From assembly GCA_049453935.1 (NCBI GenBank), contig JBMTXX010000001.1, positions 1 through 43,030 of the forward strand: DNA of 43,030 nucleotides, given 5' to 3'. Below the pieces are notes generated by a model. The model did not search any database. It was not told the origin of the DNA and was given only the letters and a program-made list of their open reading frames with translations. Below, piece after piece: positions 1 through 8,611 of the stretch (the stretch's first letter is position 1; each line of letters starts with the position of its first letter). Source of the stretch: Rubrivivax sp. Its GTDB lineage: Bacteria > Pseudomonadota > Gammaproteobacteria > Burkholderiales > Burkholderiaceae_C. Both the position numbers and the translations under genes were made by a program.

Positions 1-929
1 CAACGGGGCAGCCCCAGACCGTCGCGCCACGCATGGGCGATGGCGTCGCGCCGCGCGAACCAGACCCCCGACTGGCCCGCCGCATGGGCGAGAAAGGTCT
101 CGAGCCCGCCGATGCGCCCAGGCCGGCCGATCATGCGCAGGTGCAAGCCCACCGACATCATGCGGGGCGCATGCGCGCCTTCGGCATGCAGGCGGTCGAA
201 GGCGTCGATGCAGTAGTCGGCGAAGTCGCTGCCGCGGACGAACCCTCCGCGGTTGAAGAAGCGCATGTCGTTGGTGTCGAAGGCATAGGGCAGGACGACA
301 TGCTCCCTGTCCGACACCGTCACCAGATAGGGCATGTCGTCGTCATAGGCGTTGCAGTCGTACAGGAAGCCGCCATGCTCCACGAGCAGACGGCGGGTGT
401 TCACCGATGGCGCAGACCGCGTGTGCCAGCCCACCGGGGGGGCGCCTGCCGAGCGCGTGATGGCGCCCACCGCCCTGGCGATGGCGCGCCGCTCTTCTGG
501 CTCGCCCATCCGGGCGTGCGTCTCCCAGCGATGACCGTGCGCCATGATCTCGTGCCCGTCGGCGACCGCCTCGGCTGCCAGCCAGGGGCTGAACTGCAGC
601 GCGCGTCCGCAGGCGTTCAGCGTGGCCGTCACGCCGAAGCGTTGCAGCGCGCTGCGGATGCGCGGCCAGCCTGCGCGTGTGCCGTACTGGAAGTGGCTCT
701 CCATGCACAGATCTCGCGCGCCGACGACTTCCTCGACCGCCTCGTAGACCGACTCGTTGCGCTCGTCTCCCATGCCCAGCGACAGCTCGGCGCCCTCTTC
801 GATGTTGACGACGATCGACAGGGCCAGACGTGCCCCACCTGGCCATCGAATGTTCGGCGTCGCGTGGCGATACCCGGCGAAGTCCCGATCCGACCCTGCA
901 GCGGCAGGGCCTGGTGTCTCATCTCGCAT
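1..929 (-). CDS. PuuE-like allantoinase / polysaccharide deacetylase family amidohydrolase, 3' end at or beyond the window edge; absent from the ORF track
   Basis: Manual translation from ATG at 929: MRDETPGPAAAGSDRDFAGY..IRWPGGARLALSIVVNIEEGAE..CMESHFQYGTRAGWPR..GHEIMAHGHRW..GGFLYDCNAYDDDMPY..VLPYAFDTNDMRF..MMSVGLHLRMIGRPGR. These match PuuE-family motifs, and the frame stays open to the edge. Confidence 0.88.
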   Translation of the reverse strand, partial: MRDETPGPAAAGSDRDFAGYRHATPNIRWPGGARLALSIVVNIEEGAELSLGMGDERNESVYEAVEEVVGARDLCMESHFQYGTRAGWPRIRSALQRFGVTATLNACGRALQFSPWLAAEAVADGHEIMAHGHRWETHARMGEPEERRAIARAVGAITRSAGAPPVGWHTRSAPSVNTRRLLVEHGGFLYDCNAYDDDMPYLVTVSDREHVVLPYAFDTNDMRFFNRGGFVRGSDFADYCIDAFDRLHAEGAHAPRMMSVGLHLRMIGRPGRIGGLETFLAHAAGQSGVWFARRDAIAHAWRDGLGLPR

Positions 930-1056
930 CGTCGTGGGGCTGCTGAGGCTGGTTGGGCGGCGGGAAGGCGTGACTCACGCCGCCCTTGGCTCGCCGGCGT
1001 TGCGGTGCAGGGCCGGCCGTCGGTCTGGCTCGTGTGCGCGGCATCGGACGGGAGGC

Positions 1057-1857
1057 TCAGAAGTCTGCCAGCCGCTTCAGGCCGACAAGCCGGTCTCCGA
1101 TGACCATCACCACGACCGCCAGCAGGATCAGGCCGGCCGAGATCGCCGCGATGCGCGGATCGGGGCTCTCCTCGACGAACTGCAGCATCTGGATGGGCAA
1201 GGTCTTGGTCCAGGCATCGGTGAAGAAGATAGAGATCGGGTAGTTGTCCATCGACGCGAGGAAGGCGAACATGCCGGAGGTGATGAAGGCCGGCGCCAGC
1301 GCCGGCACGAGCACCTTGCGTATGGCTGCGGTGGACGAGCAGCCCAGCATGCGCGCGGCGTCGATCAGCGTGAAGTCGAACAGCGACAGCGCGCCCAGCA
1401 CGCTGCGCACCACGTACGGCAGGGTGATCACGACGTGCGCGGCCACCAGGCTGCCCCAGGTCGACGTCAGACCCACGTGGCGGAAGGCCTGCAGCATCGC
1501 AATGCCGACCACCAGCCCGGGCAGCATCAACGGCGAGACGAGAAAGGTGGTGATGGCCTCGCGCCCGGCACCGCCCCCACGCACCAGAGCGATGGCACAG
1601 GCGGTGCCCAGCGCCAGGCTGATCGCAGTGGACAACGCAGCGATCTGCACCGACACCCAGAGCGATGACCACAGGCCGCGGGTGCCGGGCAGAGCCTCAT
1701 ACCAGCGCGTCGACCAGCTTGGTGGCGGCAGCGAGAACACCGTCGAGGAGCCGAAGGACACGGCCACGGTCACCGCCAGGGGTGTCAGGAGGAAGATCAC
1801 GGCGAACGCGGCCATCGCCCAGACGAGGCCCAGCGTGATGCGGTCGGTACGGCTCAT
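1057..1857 (-). CDS. ABC transporter permease, PotC-like
   Basis: Multiple TM helices, SPLMLPGLVVG and an EAA-type loop (LIDAARMLGCS); lies in an operon with the other ABC subunits. Confidence 0.92.
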   Translation of the reverse strand: MSRTDRITLGLVWAMAAFAVIFLLTPLAVTVAVSFGSSTVFSLPPPSWSTRWYEALPGTRGLWSSLWVSVQIAALSTAISLALGTACAIALVRGGGAGREAITTFLVSPLMLPGLVVGIAMLQAFRHVGLTSTWGSLVAAHVVITLPYVVRSVLGALSLFDFTLIDAARMLGCSSTAAIRKVLVPALAPAFITSGMFAFLASMDNYPISIFFTDAWTKTLPIQMLQFVEESPDPRIAAISAGLILLAVVVMVIGDRLVGLKRLADF

Positions 1858-1875
1858 GGCGTGGTCCTCCGGTGT

Positions 1876-2718
1876 TCAGGTGCGCGCAGCCGCACGGCGC
1901 GCCAGCAGGCTCGAGCCCACGACCACGGTCACGGCCAGCACCAGCAGGATCACGGCCGTCGTCGAGCCGAGCTGCTCGTTGCGCATCAACAGGAAGGACC
2001 TCCCCGTGAGTGTGGCAAGCGTCTGGAACCGGTCGCCGATGAGCAGCGACGGGATCACGAACATCGAGATGCTCATCGAGAACACGAAGGCGATGCCCGA
2101 GATGACGCCGGGCAGGCTCAGTGGCAGCGTCACGTGCATGAAGCGGTACAGCGGCGAGGCGCCGAGCGTGGCGGCGGCCTCGCCCAGCCGGGCGTCGATG
2201 AGTTTCACGACCGAGTAGATCGGCAGGATCATGAAGGGCAGGAAGACATTGGCGGCGCCGAGCACCAGCCCGGTCTCGGTGAACAGCAGGCGTTGGGGTT
2301 CGTCCCACAGTCCCGAGCCCACCAGGAACTGCGACACCACGCCATCGCGCCGCAGCACGATCTGCCAGGCGAAGGCCTTGACCACGACGCCCACTGACAG
2401 CGGCAGGACGATGGCGGTGAACAGCGCCACCTGCGCGAAGCCGCGGGAACGCGCCAGCGCGAAGGCCACCGGATAGCCGATCAGCAGGCACAGCAGGGTC
2501 ACGAGCAGGGCGATGCGCAGCGTGTTGCCGATCACCCGGAGGTTGAACGGGTCGGCGAAGAACGCGACGTAGGGCTCGAGCGTCAGGCCTTGCGGCCCGA
2601 CCAGGCTGCGGCCGAGCAGGTAGACGATGGGCGCGGCGTACACCAGGCCGAGGTAGGCCACCGCGGGCAGCGCCAGCCATGAAGTGCGGTCACGTCCGGA
2701 AGCGGTCATGGTGGGCAT
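1876..2718 (-). CDS. ABC transporter permease, PotB-like
   Basis: IGYPVAF, VVVKAFAWQIVL and EAAATLGAS motifs. Start is at ATG 2718 or 2709; the ORF-track N-terminal extension overlaps the ATPase gene. Confidence 0.9.
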   Translation of the reverse strand: MPTMTASGRDRTSWLALPAVAYLGLVYAAPIVYLLGRSLVGPQGLTLEPYVAFFADPFNLRVIGNTLRIALLVTLLCLLIGYPVAFALARSRGFAQVALFTAIVLPLSVGVVVKAFAWQIVLRRDGVVSQFLVGSGLWDEPQRLLFTETGLVLGAANVFLPFMILPIYSVVKLIDARLGEAAATLGASPLYRFMHVTLPLSLPGVISGIAFVFSMSISMFVIPSLLIGDRFQTLATLTGRSFLLMRNEQLGSTTAVILLVLAVTVVVGSSLLARRAAART

Positions 2719-2773
2719 GTGGCAAGGCGGAAACGTCGGCGGGGCGCGCGCACAGGCAGCGGGACTGGCGGCC

Positions 2774-3883
2774 TCAGCCGACCTGTGCCGCCGCGTAGAC
2801 GCGCGTGTCCTCGACGGCCCAGTCCACCGACAACATCGTGCCTGGACCGATCGCCTGCACCGGCAGATCGACGGCCTCGACGAGCAGCCTGTCCGCATCG
2901 GGACACCCGAAGTGGTACTGCACCTTGGAGCCCTGGAACACCACGTCGGTCACCGGCGCCTGCAGGCTGTTGCCTTGCGACCCCGGCGCCGCCGTCGACA
3001 CCCCGGCGATGCGCATCCGCTCGGGCCGGATGCCCAGCAGCACCTTCGCCCCTGCGTGGAAGCTGCCGGGCGCGCGCAGCACACCAAAGGCGGTTTCCAC
3101 CTCGAGCAGCCCACCGCGCTCGGCCAACACCCGTCCCGACAGCCGGCTCGACAGGCCCACGAAGTCGAGCACGAAGCTGCTCGACGGCTGGTGGTAGATG
3201 GTCAGCGGGTCGGCGAACTGCTCGATCGCGCCGCGGTTCATCACGGCAATCCTGTCGGACAGGGTCAGGGCCTCGTCCTGGTCATGGGTGACGAAGATCG
3301 CCGTGATCTCGAGCTCACGCAACAGGCGCTTGAGTTCGATCTGCATCGTCTCGCGCAGCTTGCGGTCCAGGGCCGAGAAGGGCTCGTCCAGCAGCAGCAG
3401 CTTGGGCTGCACGGCCAGGGCACGCGCCACTGCCACACGCTGCTGCTGGCCGCCCGACAGGGCCTTGATCGACCGGTCGGCAAAAGCGCTCATCCGCACC
3501 AGCTCGAGATAGCGCGCGACGGTGGCATCGATTTCCTGCCGCGGCCGCTTGCGCGCGGCCAGACCGAAGCCCACGTTGGCCGCCACGTCGAGATGCGGAA
3601 ACAGCGCGTAGTTCTGGAACACCACGCCGACGTCGCGCAGGTGCGGCGCCTTGCGTCCGATGTCCTGACCGTCAAGCCGTATCGCGCCACGATCGGCCCC
3701 CAGCAAGCCCGCCACGATGCGCAGCAGCGTGGTCTTGCCGCAGCCGGACGGACCGAGCAGGCTGACGAACTCGCCGCGGTTGACCTGCAGGTCGACCCCG
3801 CCGAGCACGGTGGCCGCGCCGAAGGACTTGTGTGCGCCGGCCACCTCGAGGAAGGCCGGCGCCGAACCGGTGGATCTGCTCAC
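2774..3883 (-). CDS. ABC transporter ATP-binding protein, PotA-like with C-terminal TOBE region
   Basis: Walker A GPSGCGKT, VFQNYALFPHL, signature LSGGQQQR, LLLLDEP and VTHDQ. GTG start inferred at 3883. Confidence 0.93.
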   Translation of the reverse strand: MSRSTGSAPAFLEVAGAHKSFGAATVLGGVDLQVNRGEFVSLLGPSGCGKTTLLRIVAGLLGADRGAIRLDGQDIGRKAPHLRDVGVVFQNYALFPHLDVAANVGFGLAARKRPRQEIDATVARYLELVRMSAFADRSIKALSGGQQQRVAVARALAVQPKLLLLDEPFSALDRKLRETMQIELKRLLRELEITAIFVTHDQDEALTLSDRIAVMNRGAIEQFADPLTIYHQPSSSFVLDFVGLSSRLSGRVLAERGGLLEVETAFGVLRAPGSFHAGAKVLLGIRPERMRIAGVSTAAPGSQGNSLQAPVTDVVFQGSKVQYHFGCPDADRLLVEAVDLPVQAIGPGTMLSVDWAVEDTRVYAAAQVG

Positions 3884-3903
3884 CTGTGCGTCACCCGTGG
3901 GGT

Positions 3904-4959
3904 TCAGATCGCGAGTTCGCGGTCCCAGCGCTGGATCCAGGCGCTGCGGTTGGCTGCCACGTTGGACCAGTCGGTCGGGTGCACCGGAATGCCCTGGGGC
4001 AGGTTGGCGGGCGCCTTGGCATTGCGGTTGGTCGGCAGAGAGAAAGTCGGCCCGGCGATGGCCGACTGGTACTCCGCGCCCAGCATCTCGTTGACGTAGG
4101 CGAAGGCCAGGTCCTGGTGCGGGCCGTTCTTGACCACGCAGATGCCCGACGGGCTGGCCCAGATGCCTTCTTTCGGTGCGACCAGATCGATCGGCGCCCC
4201 TGCGGTCTTGCGCTGCAAGGCGTAGGACGACAGCGCGCCTGCGATCACCCACGCCTCACCCTGCTCGAGCAGGTTGAAGGCTTGCGGCATCTGGGTATAG
4301 ATGGTCAGCAGGTTGGGCTTGAGGGCGGCGAGCTTGCGGAAGCCCGGGTCGATGTCGAACTGCGCCTTCTCCGGCGGCTGGCCGGTCTCGAGCGAGGAAG
4401 CGAGGAACAGGTTGGCGATGCCCTCGGTGTTCTGCAGCGACGGCAGGATCACGCGGCCCTTGAAGCGCGGCTCCCACAACTGCGCCCACGATTGGATGCC
4501 GCCCGGCAGCGCCTTCGTGTTGTAGGCGATGCCCTGCCAGGGCTGCACGTAGTTGGCCCACATCCCGTCCATGTGGATGGCGCCGGGGCGGATCATGGTC
4601 ATGTTGGGCACCTTCGCGGCCGTGATCGGCTCGAGCAGGCCCTCCTTGACGGCCAGGATCATCACCGGGTCGTCCATTTGCACGACGGACAGGTAGGGCT
4701 TGGCCTTGTTGCGCTGCATCTTCTCGAGATTGACGAGCGAGCGCGTGCCTTCGTAGACGATCTTGCAGTTGTACTTCTTCTCGAAGGCCGGGATGACCAC
4801 AGAGTCCATCCAGGGCTTGTGACTGGCGGCGCCGCCGATGACGAACTCCCGGGTCTGCGCGCCCACGAACGCCGGCATGGACAGAACGCTCGCGCCGGCG
4901 GCCGCTGCTTTGAGCAGGCCGCGACGGGACATGGAACGGGACGGGCAGGTGGTGGACAT
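3904..4959 (-). CDS. ABC transporter substrate-binding protein (PotD/PotF-like cluster), Tat-exported
   Basis: Twin-arginine signal SRRGLLK..AFVGAQ, GIAYNT, SWAQLW and PKEG motifs; AAGGA SD upstream. Confidence 0.9.
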   Translation of the reverse strand: MSTTCPSRSMSRRGLLKAAAAGASVLSMPAFVGAQTREFVIGGAASHKPWMDSVVIPAFEKKYNCKIVYEGTRSLVNLEKMQRNKAKPYLSVVQMDDPVMILAVKEGLLEPITAAKVPNMTMIRPGAIHMDGMWANYVQPWQGIAYNTKALPGGIQSWAQLWEPRFKGRVILPSLQNTEGIANLFLASSLETGQPPEKAQFDIDPGFRKLAALKPNLLTIYTQMPQAFNLLEQGEAWVIAGALSSYALQRKTAGAPIDLVAPKEGIWASPSGICVVKNGPHQDLAFAYVNEMLGAEYQSAIAGPTFSLPTNRNAKAPANLPQGIPVHPTDWSNVAANRSAWIQRWDRELAI

Positions 4960-5027
4960 TGCAGACTTCCTTCGAATGCGGTGAAAGACAGATCGGCACG
5001 GGGGCCGGACGGGCTGGGGCCATCGTT

Positions 5028-5043
5028 AGCAACTTGCAGGCCA
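5028..5043 (-). promoter_or_regulatory. sigma54 (-24/-12) promoter for the ABC/PuuE-like operon
   Basis: Minus strand reads TGGCCTGCAAGTTGCT, an exact GG-N10-GC spacing, about 70 bp upstream of the ATG at 4959. Confidence 0.7.
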
Positions 5044-5085
5044 TGCGATCGCATGGCGGATCGCAACGGCGGGTGCGGCGCGTGA

Positions 5086-5194
5086 TGCACGATCGTTGTG
5101 CGGATGTGGTTGGTTCTGGTGCGCCAGGACGCGGCAGCCGTCCGCTGGTGCGCTGCTGGCGCGAACGTGGTGCGAGGCGCACCAAGCAGATGCA
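5086..5194. promoter_or_regulatory. Array of NtrC-like binding boxes
   Basis: TGCACGATCGTTGTGCG (5086-5102, GCAC-N7-GTGC), CGCACCAAGCAGATGCA (5178-5194), and TGGTGCG half-sites at 5117, 5146 and 5168. These resemble the NtrC consensus TGCACCA-N3-TGGTGCA. Confidence 0.6.
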
Positions 5195-5199
5195 CAAGC

Positions 5200-5215
5200 T
5201 GGCACTTCGATTGCT
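5200..5215 (+). promoter_or_regulatory. sigma54 (-24/-12) promoter for the racemase-family gene
   Basis: TGGCACTTCGATTGCT is a near-perfect TGGCAC-N5-TTGCW, about 50 bp upstream of ATG 5268. Confidence 0.8.
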
Positions 5216-5267
5216 TTTCGATGGGACAGCGAGCCTGATCTGCGGGTTCGCGGCCGTCCAGGAGTCC

Positions 5268-6005
5268 ATGGTGAAACTGCTCGTCGTCAACCCCAACATC
5301 AGTGAGTCCGTCACTGCACTCATCCACGCCGAAGCGCAGCGCTCGGCCGGCGCCGGCACTGAACTGACCGTCCTGACCGCGCCTTTCGGGGTGGCTTACA
5401 TCGAGACGCGTTTCGAGGCCCTGATCGGGGCCTACGCCACGGCCACACTGGGCGCGGCCCATGCCCAGGAGCACGACGCCCTGATCGTGGCTGCCTTCGG
5501 GGACCCGGGGCTCACCGCGCTGCGCGAGGCCATGCCGATCCCGGTCGTGGGGCTCACCGAGTCGGCGCTGATGACGGCCTGCCAGCTCGGTCAGCGCTTT
5601 TCCATCGTCGCCATTTCGCGGCGCATCACGGCCTGGTACCGCGAGTGCGTCGAAGCCAACGGGCTCATCGGGCGCCTGGTGAGCATCCGCAGCCTCGAAC
5701 ACCCCTTGCGCGACATCGGGTCGGTGCAGCAGGACGACCGCCAGGCCTTGTGTGACCTGATCAGGGATTGCGTTCGCGACGGCGCCGACGTCGTGATCGT
5801 CGCTGGCGCCCCTCTGGCCGGCTTGGCGCGACAGGTGTCGAGCGAGGTCCCGGTACCACTGGTCGACGGGATCTCCAGCGCTGTGAGGCAGGCCGAGGCG
5901 CTGGTCAGGCTCGGCGCACCGAAGGCCACGGCAGGCAGCTTGGCGCGCCCCCCGGTGAAGCCCCACCGGGGCCTGGACCCGGCGATTGCCCGCTTGCTGG
6001 GCTGA
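5268..6005 (+). CDS. Asp/Glu/hydantoin racemase family protein (catalytic Cys replaced)
   Basis: N-terminal LLVVNPN, AAFGDPG, PVVGLTESA and VPLVDG motifs; CAGGAG SD before ATG 5268. Confidence 0.9.
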   Translation: MVKLLVVNPNISESVTALIHAEAQRSAGAGTELTVLTAPFGVAYIETRFEALIGAYATATLGAAHAQEHDALIVAAFGDPGLTALREAMPIPVVGLTESALMTACQLGQRFSIVAISRRITAWYRECVEANGLIGRLVSIRSLEHPLRDIGSVQQDDRQALCDLIRDCVRDGADVVIVAGAPLAGLARQVSSEVPVPLVDGISSAVRQAEALVRLGAPKATAGSLARPPVKPHRGLDPAIARLLG

Positions 6006-6020
6006 TCGTGAAGAGGCGGG

Positions 6021-6097
6021 TGGTAGGCCGTGTTGGGCTCGAACCAACGACCAAAGGATTATGAGTCCTCTGCTCTGACCGACTGAGCTAACGGCCC
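6021..6097 (-). tRNA. tRNA with CAT anticodon, most likely tRNA-Ile2 (lysidine-modified)
   Basis: Reverse complement GGGCCGTTAGCTCAGTCGGTCAGAGCAGAGGACTCATAATCCTTTGGTCGTTGGTTCGAGCCCAACACGGCCTACCA folds as a cloverleaf with T-loop GTTCGAG and encoded CCA. The anticodon loop CTCATAA and arm resemble ileX rather than initiator Met. Confidence 0.93.
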
Positions 6098-6204
6098 CCG
6101 GCTGGAAGTGTAGCGGGGTGACCGTCGGGCCGTCCTGGGCCGTTTGCCGTCGGGGTCTGCGACACGCCGTCGCCCGGGTTCGGGGCCTCGAAAGAACCGG
6201 CCCC

Positions 6205-6233
6205 AAAGCAAGAAGGCGCCCAAGGGCGCCTTC
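6205..6233 (-). terminator. Probable intrinsic terminator of the potF-like gene
   Basis: Perfect inverted repeat GAAGGCGCCC-AA-GGGCGCCTTC (6212-6233), followed on the minus strand by TTGCTTT. Confidence 0.6.
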
Positions 6234-6273
6234 CGAAGGCAGCTTGGCGCCCGAAGGTGCGCCCGACCGTGCG

Positions 6274-7377
6274 TCAGCGGCCGGCCTTGAAACTCTGGAA
6301 CGTGCGGGTTTGCACGCGCAGCGCGTCCTGGGGCAGCGCCTCGGGCACGGCGAGCTTGGCCACGTCAGCCGCAGGCGGGAAGACGATGGGGTTGTTGGCG
6401 ATGGCAGGCTCGACGAAGGGCTTGGACGCCGCGTTCGGGTTGGCGTAGAACACCGCATTCGTCAACGACGCGTGCACCTGCGGGCGCAGGATGTAGTCGA
6501 TGAACTTGTGCGCGTTCTCGACGTTCTTCGCGTCCTTGGGGATGGCCATGGTGTCGAGGAACATCGTCGCGCCGCGTGGCGGGATCATGGCCTGGATCTT
6601 GTGACCGGTCTTGTTTTCCTCGGCGCGCTGGTTGGCGATGAGGAAGTCACCCGAATAACCCAGAGACAGGCAGATCGTGCCGTTGGCCATGTCGTTGATG
6701 GGCCCGGGCGAGTCGATGCGCGTGATGTGCGGGCGTGCCTTCATCAGCACTGCCCGTGCGGCGTCGTAGTCCTTGGCATTGCGGCTCCAGCCGGGCTTGC
6801 CGGCGTACAGCATCGCCACGGGGATGACCTCGGAGGCCGAATCGATCACGTGCACGCCGCAGCTCTTGAGCTTGGAGACGTACTTGGGGTCGAACAGCAG
6901 GTCCAGTGGGTTCGCGGGCATGGGCTCGCCGCCCAGCGCGGCATTGACCTTGTCGACGTTGATGCCGATCGTCACATAGCCCCACAGCCACACGACCAGG
7001 TGCTTGTTGCCCGGGTCGGCCATCGCGACCTTCTTCAGCAGTTCCGGGTCGAGGTTGCCCCAGTTGGTGAGCTTGCTGCGGTCCAGCGGCTGCAGCAGCT
7101 TGCCGTCGATCTGGCGCTTGCCGAAGTGCGCGCCCGGCACGACGAGGTCGTAACCCGTCTTGCCGGCCACCAGCTTGGTGTGCAGCGTCTCGTTGGAGTC
7201 GAAGTAGTCGTAGCGGACCTTGATGCCGGTTTCCTTCTCGAAGTTGGCGATCGTGTCCTCGGCGATGTAATCGGCCCAGTTCATGATGTTCAACTCCTTC
7301 GACCCCTGCGCCGATGCGGCGGCGGGGAGCAAGGCGGCGGCAGCGAGGGCGCAGGCGGTGAGGGCAGCTCGGAACAT
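6274..7377 (-). CDS. Polyamine (putrescine) ABC transporter substrate-binding protein, PotF-like
   Basis: Sec signal, LNIMNWADYI, FEKETGIKVRYD, GYDLVVP and DTMAIPKDAKN..AHKFIDY motifs. Confidence 0.92.
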   Translation of the reverse strand: MFRAALTACALAAAALLPAAASAQGSKELNIMNWADYIAEDTIANFEKETGIKVRYDYFDSNETLHTKLVAGKTGYDLVVPGAHFGKRQIDGKLLQPLDRSKLTNWGNLDPELLKKVAMADPGNKHLVVWLWGYVTIGINVDKVNAALGGEPMPANPLDLLFDPKYVSKLKSCGVHVIDSASEVIPVAMLYAGKPGWSRNAKDYDAARAVLMKARPHITRIDSPGPINDMANGTICLSLGYSGDFLIANQRAEENKTGHKIQAMIPPRGATMFLDTMAIPKDAKNVENAHKFIDYILRPQVHASLTNAVFYANPNAASKPFVEPAIANNPIVFPPAADVAKLAVPEALPQDALRVQTRTFQSFKAGR

Positions 7378-7503
7378 GGCAGGCTGTGGAGGGTTGGCGC
7401 CGTCACATGACGGCGAGGGGTAGTGTCAAATCCCGCGGATGCCCGCAGGGCCGGCAGGGTCGAAGTCTAGGGGCAAACCTGTTGCGCCCGGGTTTCGGGG
7501 TGG

Positions 7504-8532
7504 CTATTTCTGGCTCAGCGCGTGGCTGACCAGGCGCGACGTGATGTCGACGATCTGGATCATCCGGTCGTAGGCCATGCGCGTGGGCCCGATCACCCCC
7601 AGCGTGCCGACGACCTTGCCGTCGACCTCGTAGGGCGCACTGACCACCGAGAGTTCCTCGAACGGCACGACCCGGCTCTCGCCGCCGATGAAGATGCGCA
7701 CGCCCTCGGCACGGCTCGAGACGTCCAGCAGGCGCATCAGCTCGGTCTTCTGCTCGAACACGCCGAACAGCCGCCGCAGCGCGTTCATGTCGTGGCTGAG
7801 CTCGTCGACGCCCAGCAGATTGCGCTCGCCGCTGACCACGACCTGATCGACCGACTCTGCGACGGCCTCGCTGCCCACCTGCACGGCCGCCTGCATCAGC
7901 GACGCGATCTCGCCGCGCAACGCTTCGATCTCGGACTTCAGGCGTTCGCGCACCGACTCGATCGTCAGGCCGGCGTAGTGCGCATTCAGATGGTTGGAAG
8001 CTTCCAGCAGCTCGGCCTGGCTGTGGTCGCGCATCGTGAAGATCACGCGGTTCTGCACATCCCCGTCGGGTGCGACCAGGATCACCAGTACGCGTCGCTC
8101 TCCCAGGCGCAGGAACTCGATGTGCCGGAAGACGCTCACCTTGCGCGGCGCCGTGACCACACCGACGAAGTGCGACAGGCTGGACAGCAACTGCGCGGCT
8201 TGGGCGATGACCCGTTGCGGTTGGTCCGGGTGCAATTGCTCCCGCGCAGCCGCCAGATCCGGCGGCGGTTGCTCCATGTCGACCGGGCGTGCGGTGAGCA
8301 TGGTGTCGACGAACAGCCGGTAGCCGCGTGCCGTGGGGATGCGCCCGGCGCTGGTGTGCGGGCTGGCGATCAGGCCGAGTTCTTCCAGATCGCTCATCAC
8401 GTTGCGTATCGTCGCCGGTGACAGGTCCAGACCCGAGGCGCGCGACAGCGTGCGCGAGCCTACCGGCTGGCCTTCGGCGATGTAGCGTTCGACCAGGATC
8501 TTCAGCAGGGTGCGTGCGCGGTGATCCAGCAT
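7504..8532 (-). CDS. hrcA: Heat-inducible transcription repressor HrcA
   Basis: [30 protein letters not shown] and [10 protein letters not shown] motifs. Confidence 0.97.
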   Translation of the reverse strand: MLDHRARTLLKILVERYIAEGQPVGSRTLSRASGLDLSPATIRNVMSDLEELGLIASPHTSAGRIPTARGYRLFVDTMLTARPVDMEQPPPDLAAAREQLHPDQPQRVIAQAAQLLSSLSHFVGVVTAPRKVSVFRHIEFLRLGERRVLVILVAPDGDVQNRVIFTMRDHSQAELLEASNHLNAHYAGLTIESVRERLKSEIEALRGEIASLMQAAVQVGSEAVAESVDQVVVSGERNLLGVDELSHDMNALRRLFGVFEQKTELMRLLDVSSRAEGVRIFIGGESRVVPFEELSVVSAPYEVDGKVVGTLGVIGPTRMAYDRMIQIVDITSRLVSHALSQK

Positions 8533-8611
8533 GTGTCGATTCTATGAAGACCCCCTGCGCGCTGCGGCCCGGATGGCGCTTTCCAGGAGGCGCTATGGTG
8601 TAATCAATTGC

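Noticed and set aside
33-1103. 356-aa plus-strand ORF and the many other long overlapping ORFs in the track (e.g. 25039-26706, 27382-29430, 29487-31310, 38743-40353)
   Set aside because: Antisense or alternate-frame shadows of well-supported genes, expected at high GC; no recognisable motifs.
4959-5267. N-terminal extension of the racemase ORF
   Set aside because: It spans the divergent promoter region; the family N-terminus and SD point to ATG 5268.
6021-6097. Calling the tRNA a Met tRNA
   Set aside because: It lacks initiator features (C1:A72 mismatch, three G-C pairs in the anticodon stem) and resembles Ile2. Elongator Met is not fully excluded without a covariance model.
7468-7505. GGGCAAACC motif resembling the start of a c-di-GMP-I riboswitch
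   Set aside because: The rest of the aptamer is missing, and it is on the wrong strand for the downstream potF-like gene.
8533-8611. CIRCE operator upstream of hrcA
   Set aside because: No TTAGCACTC-N9-GAGTGCTAA match is visible.
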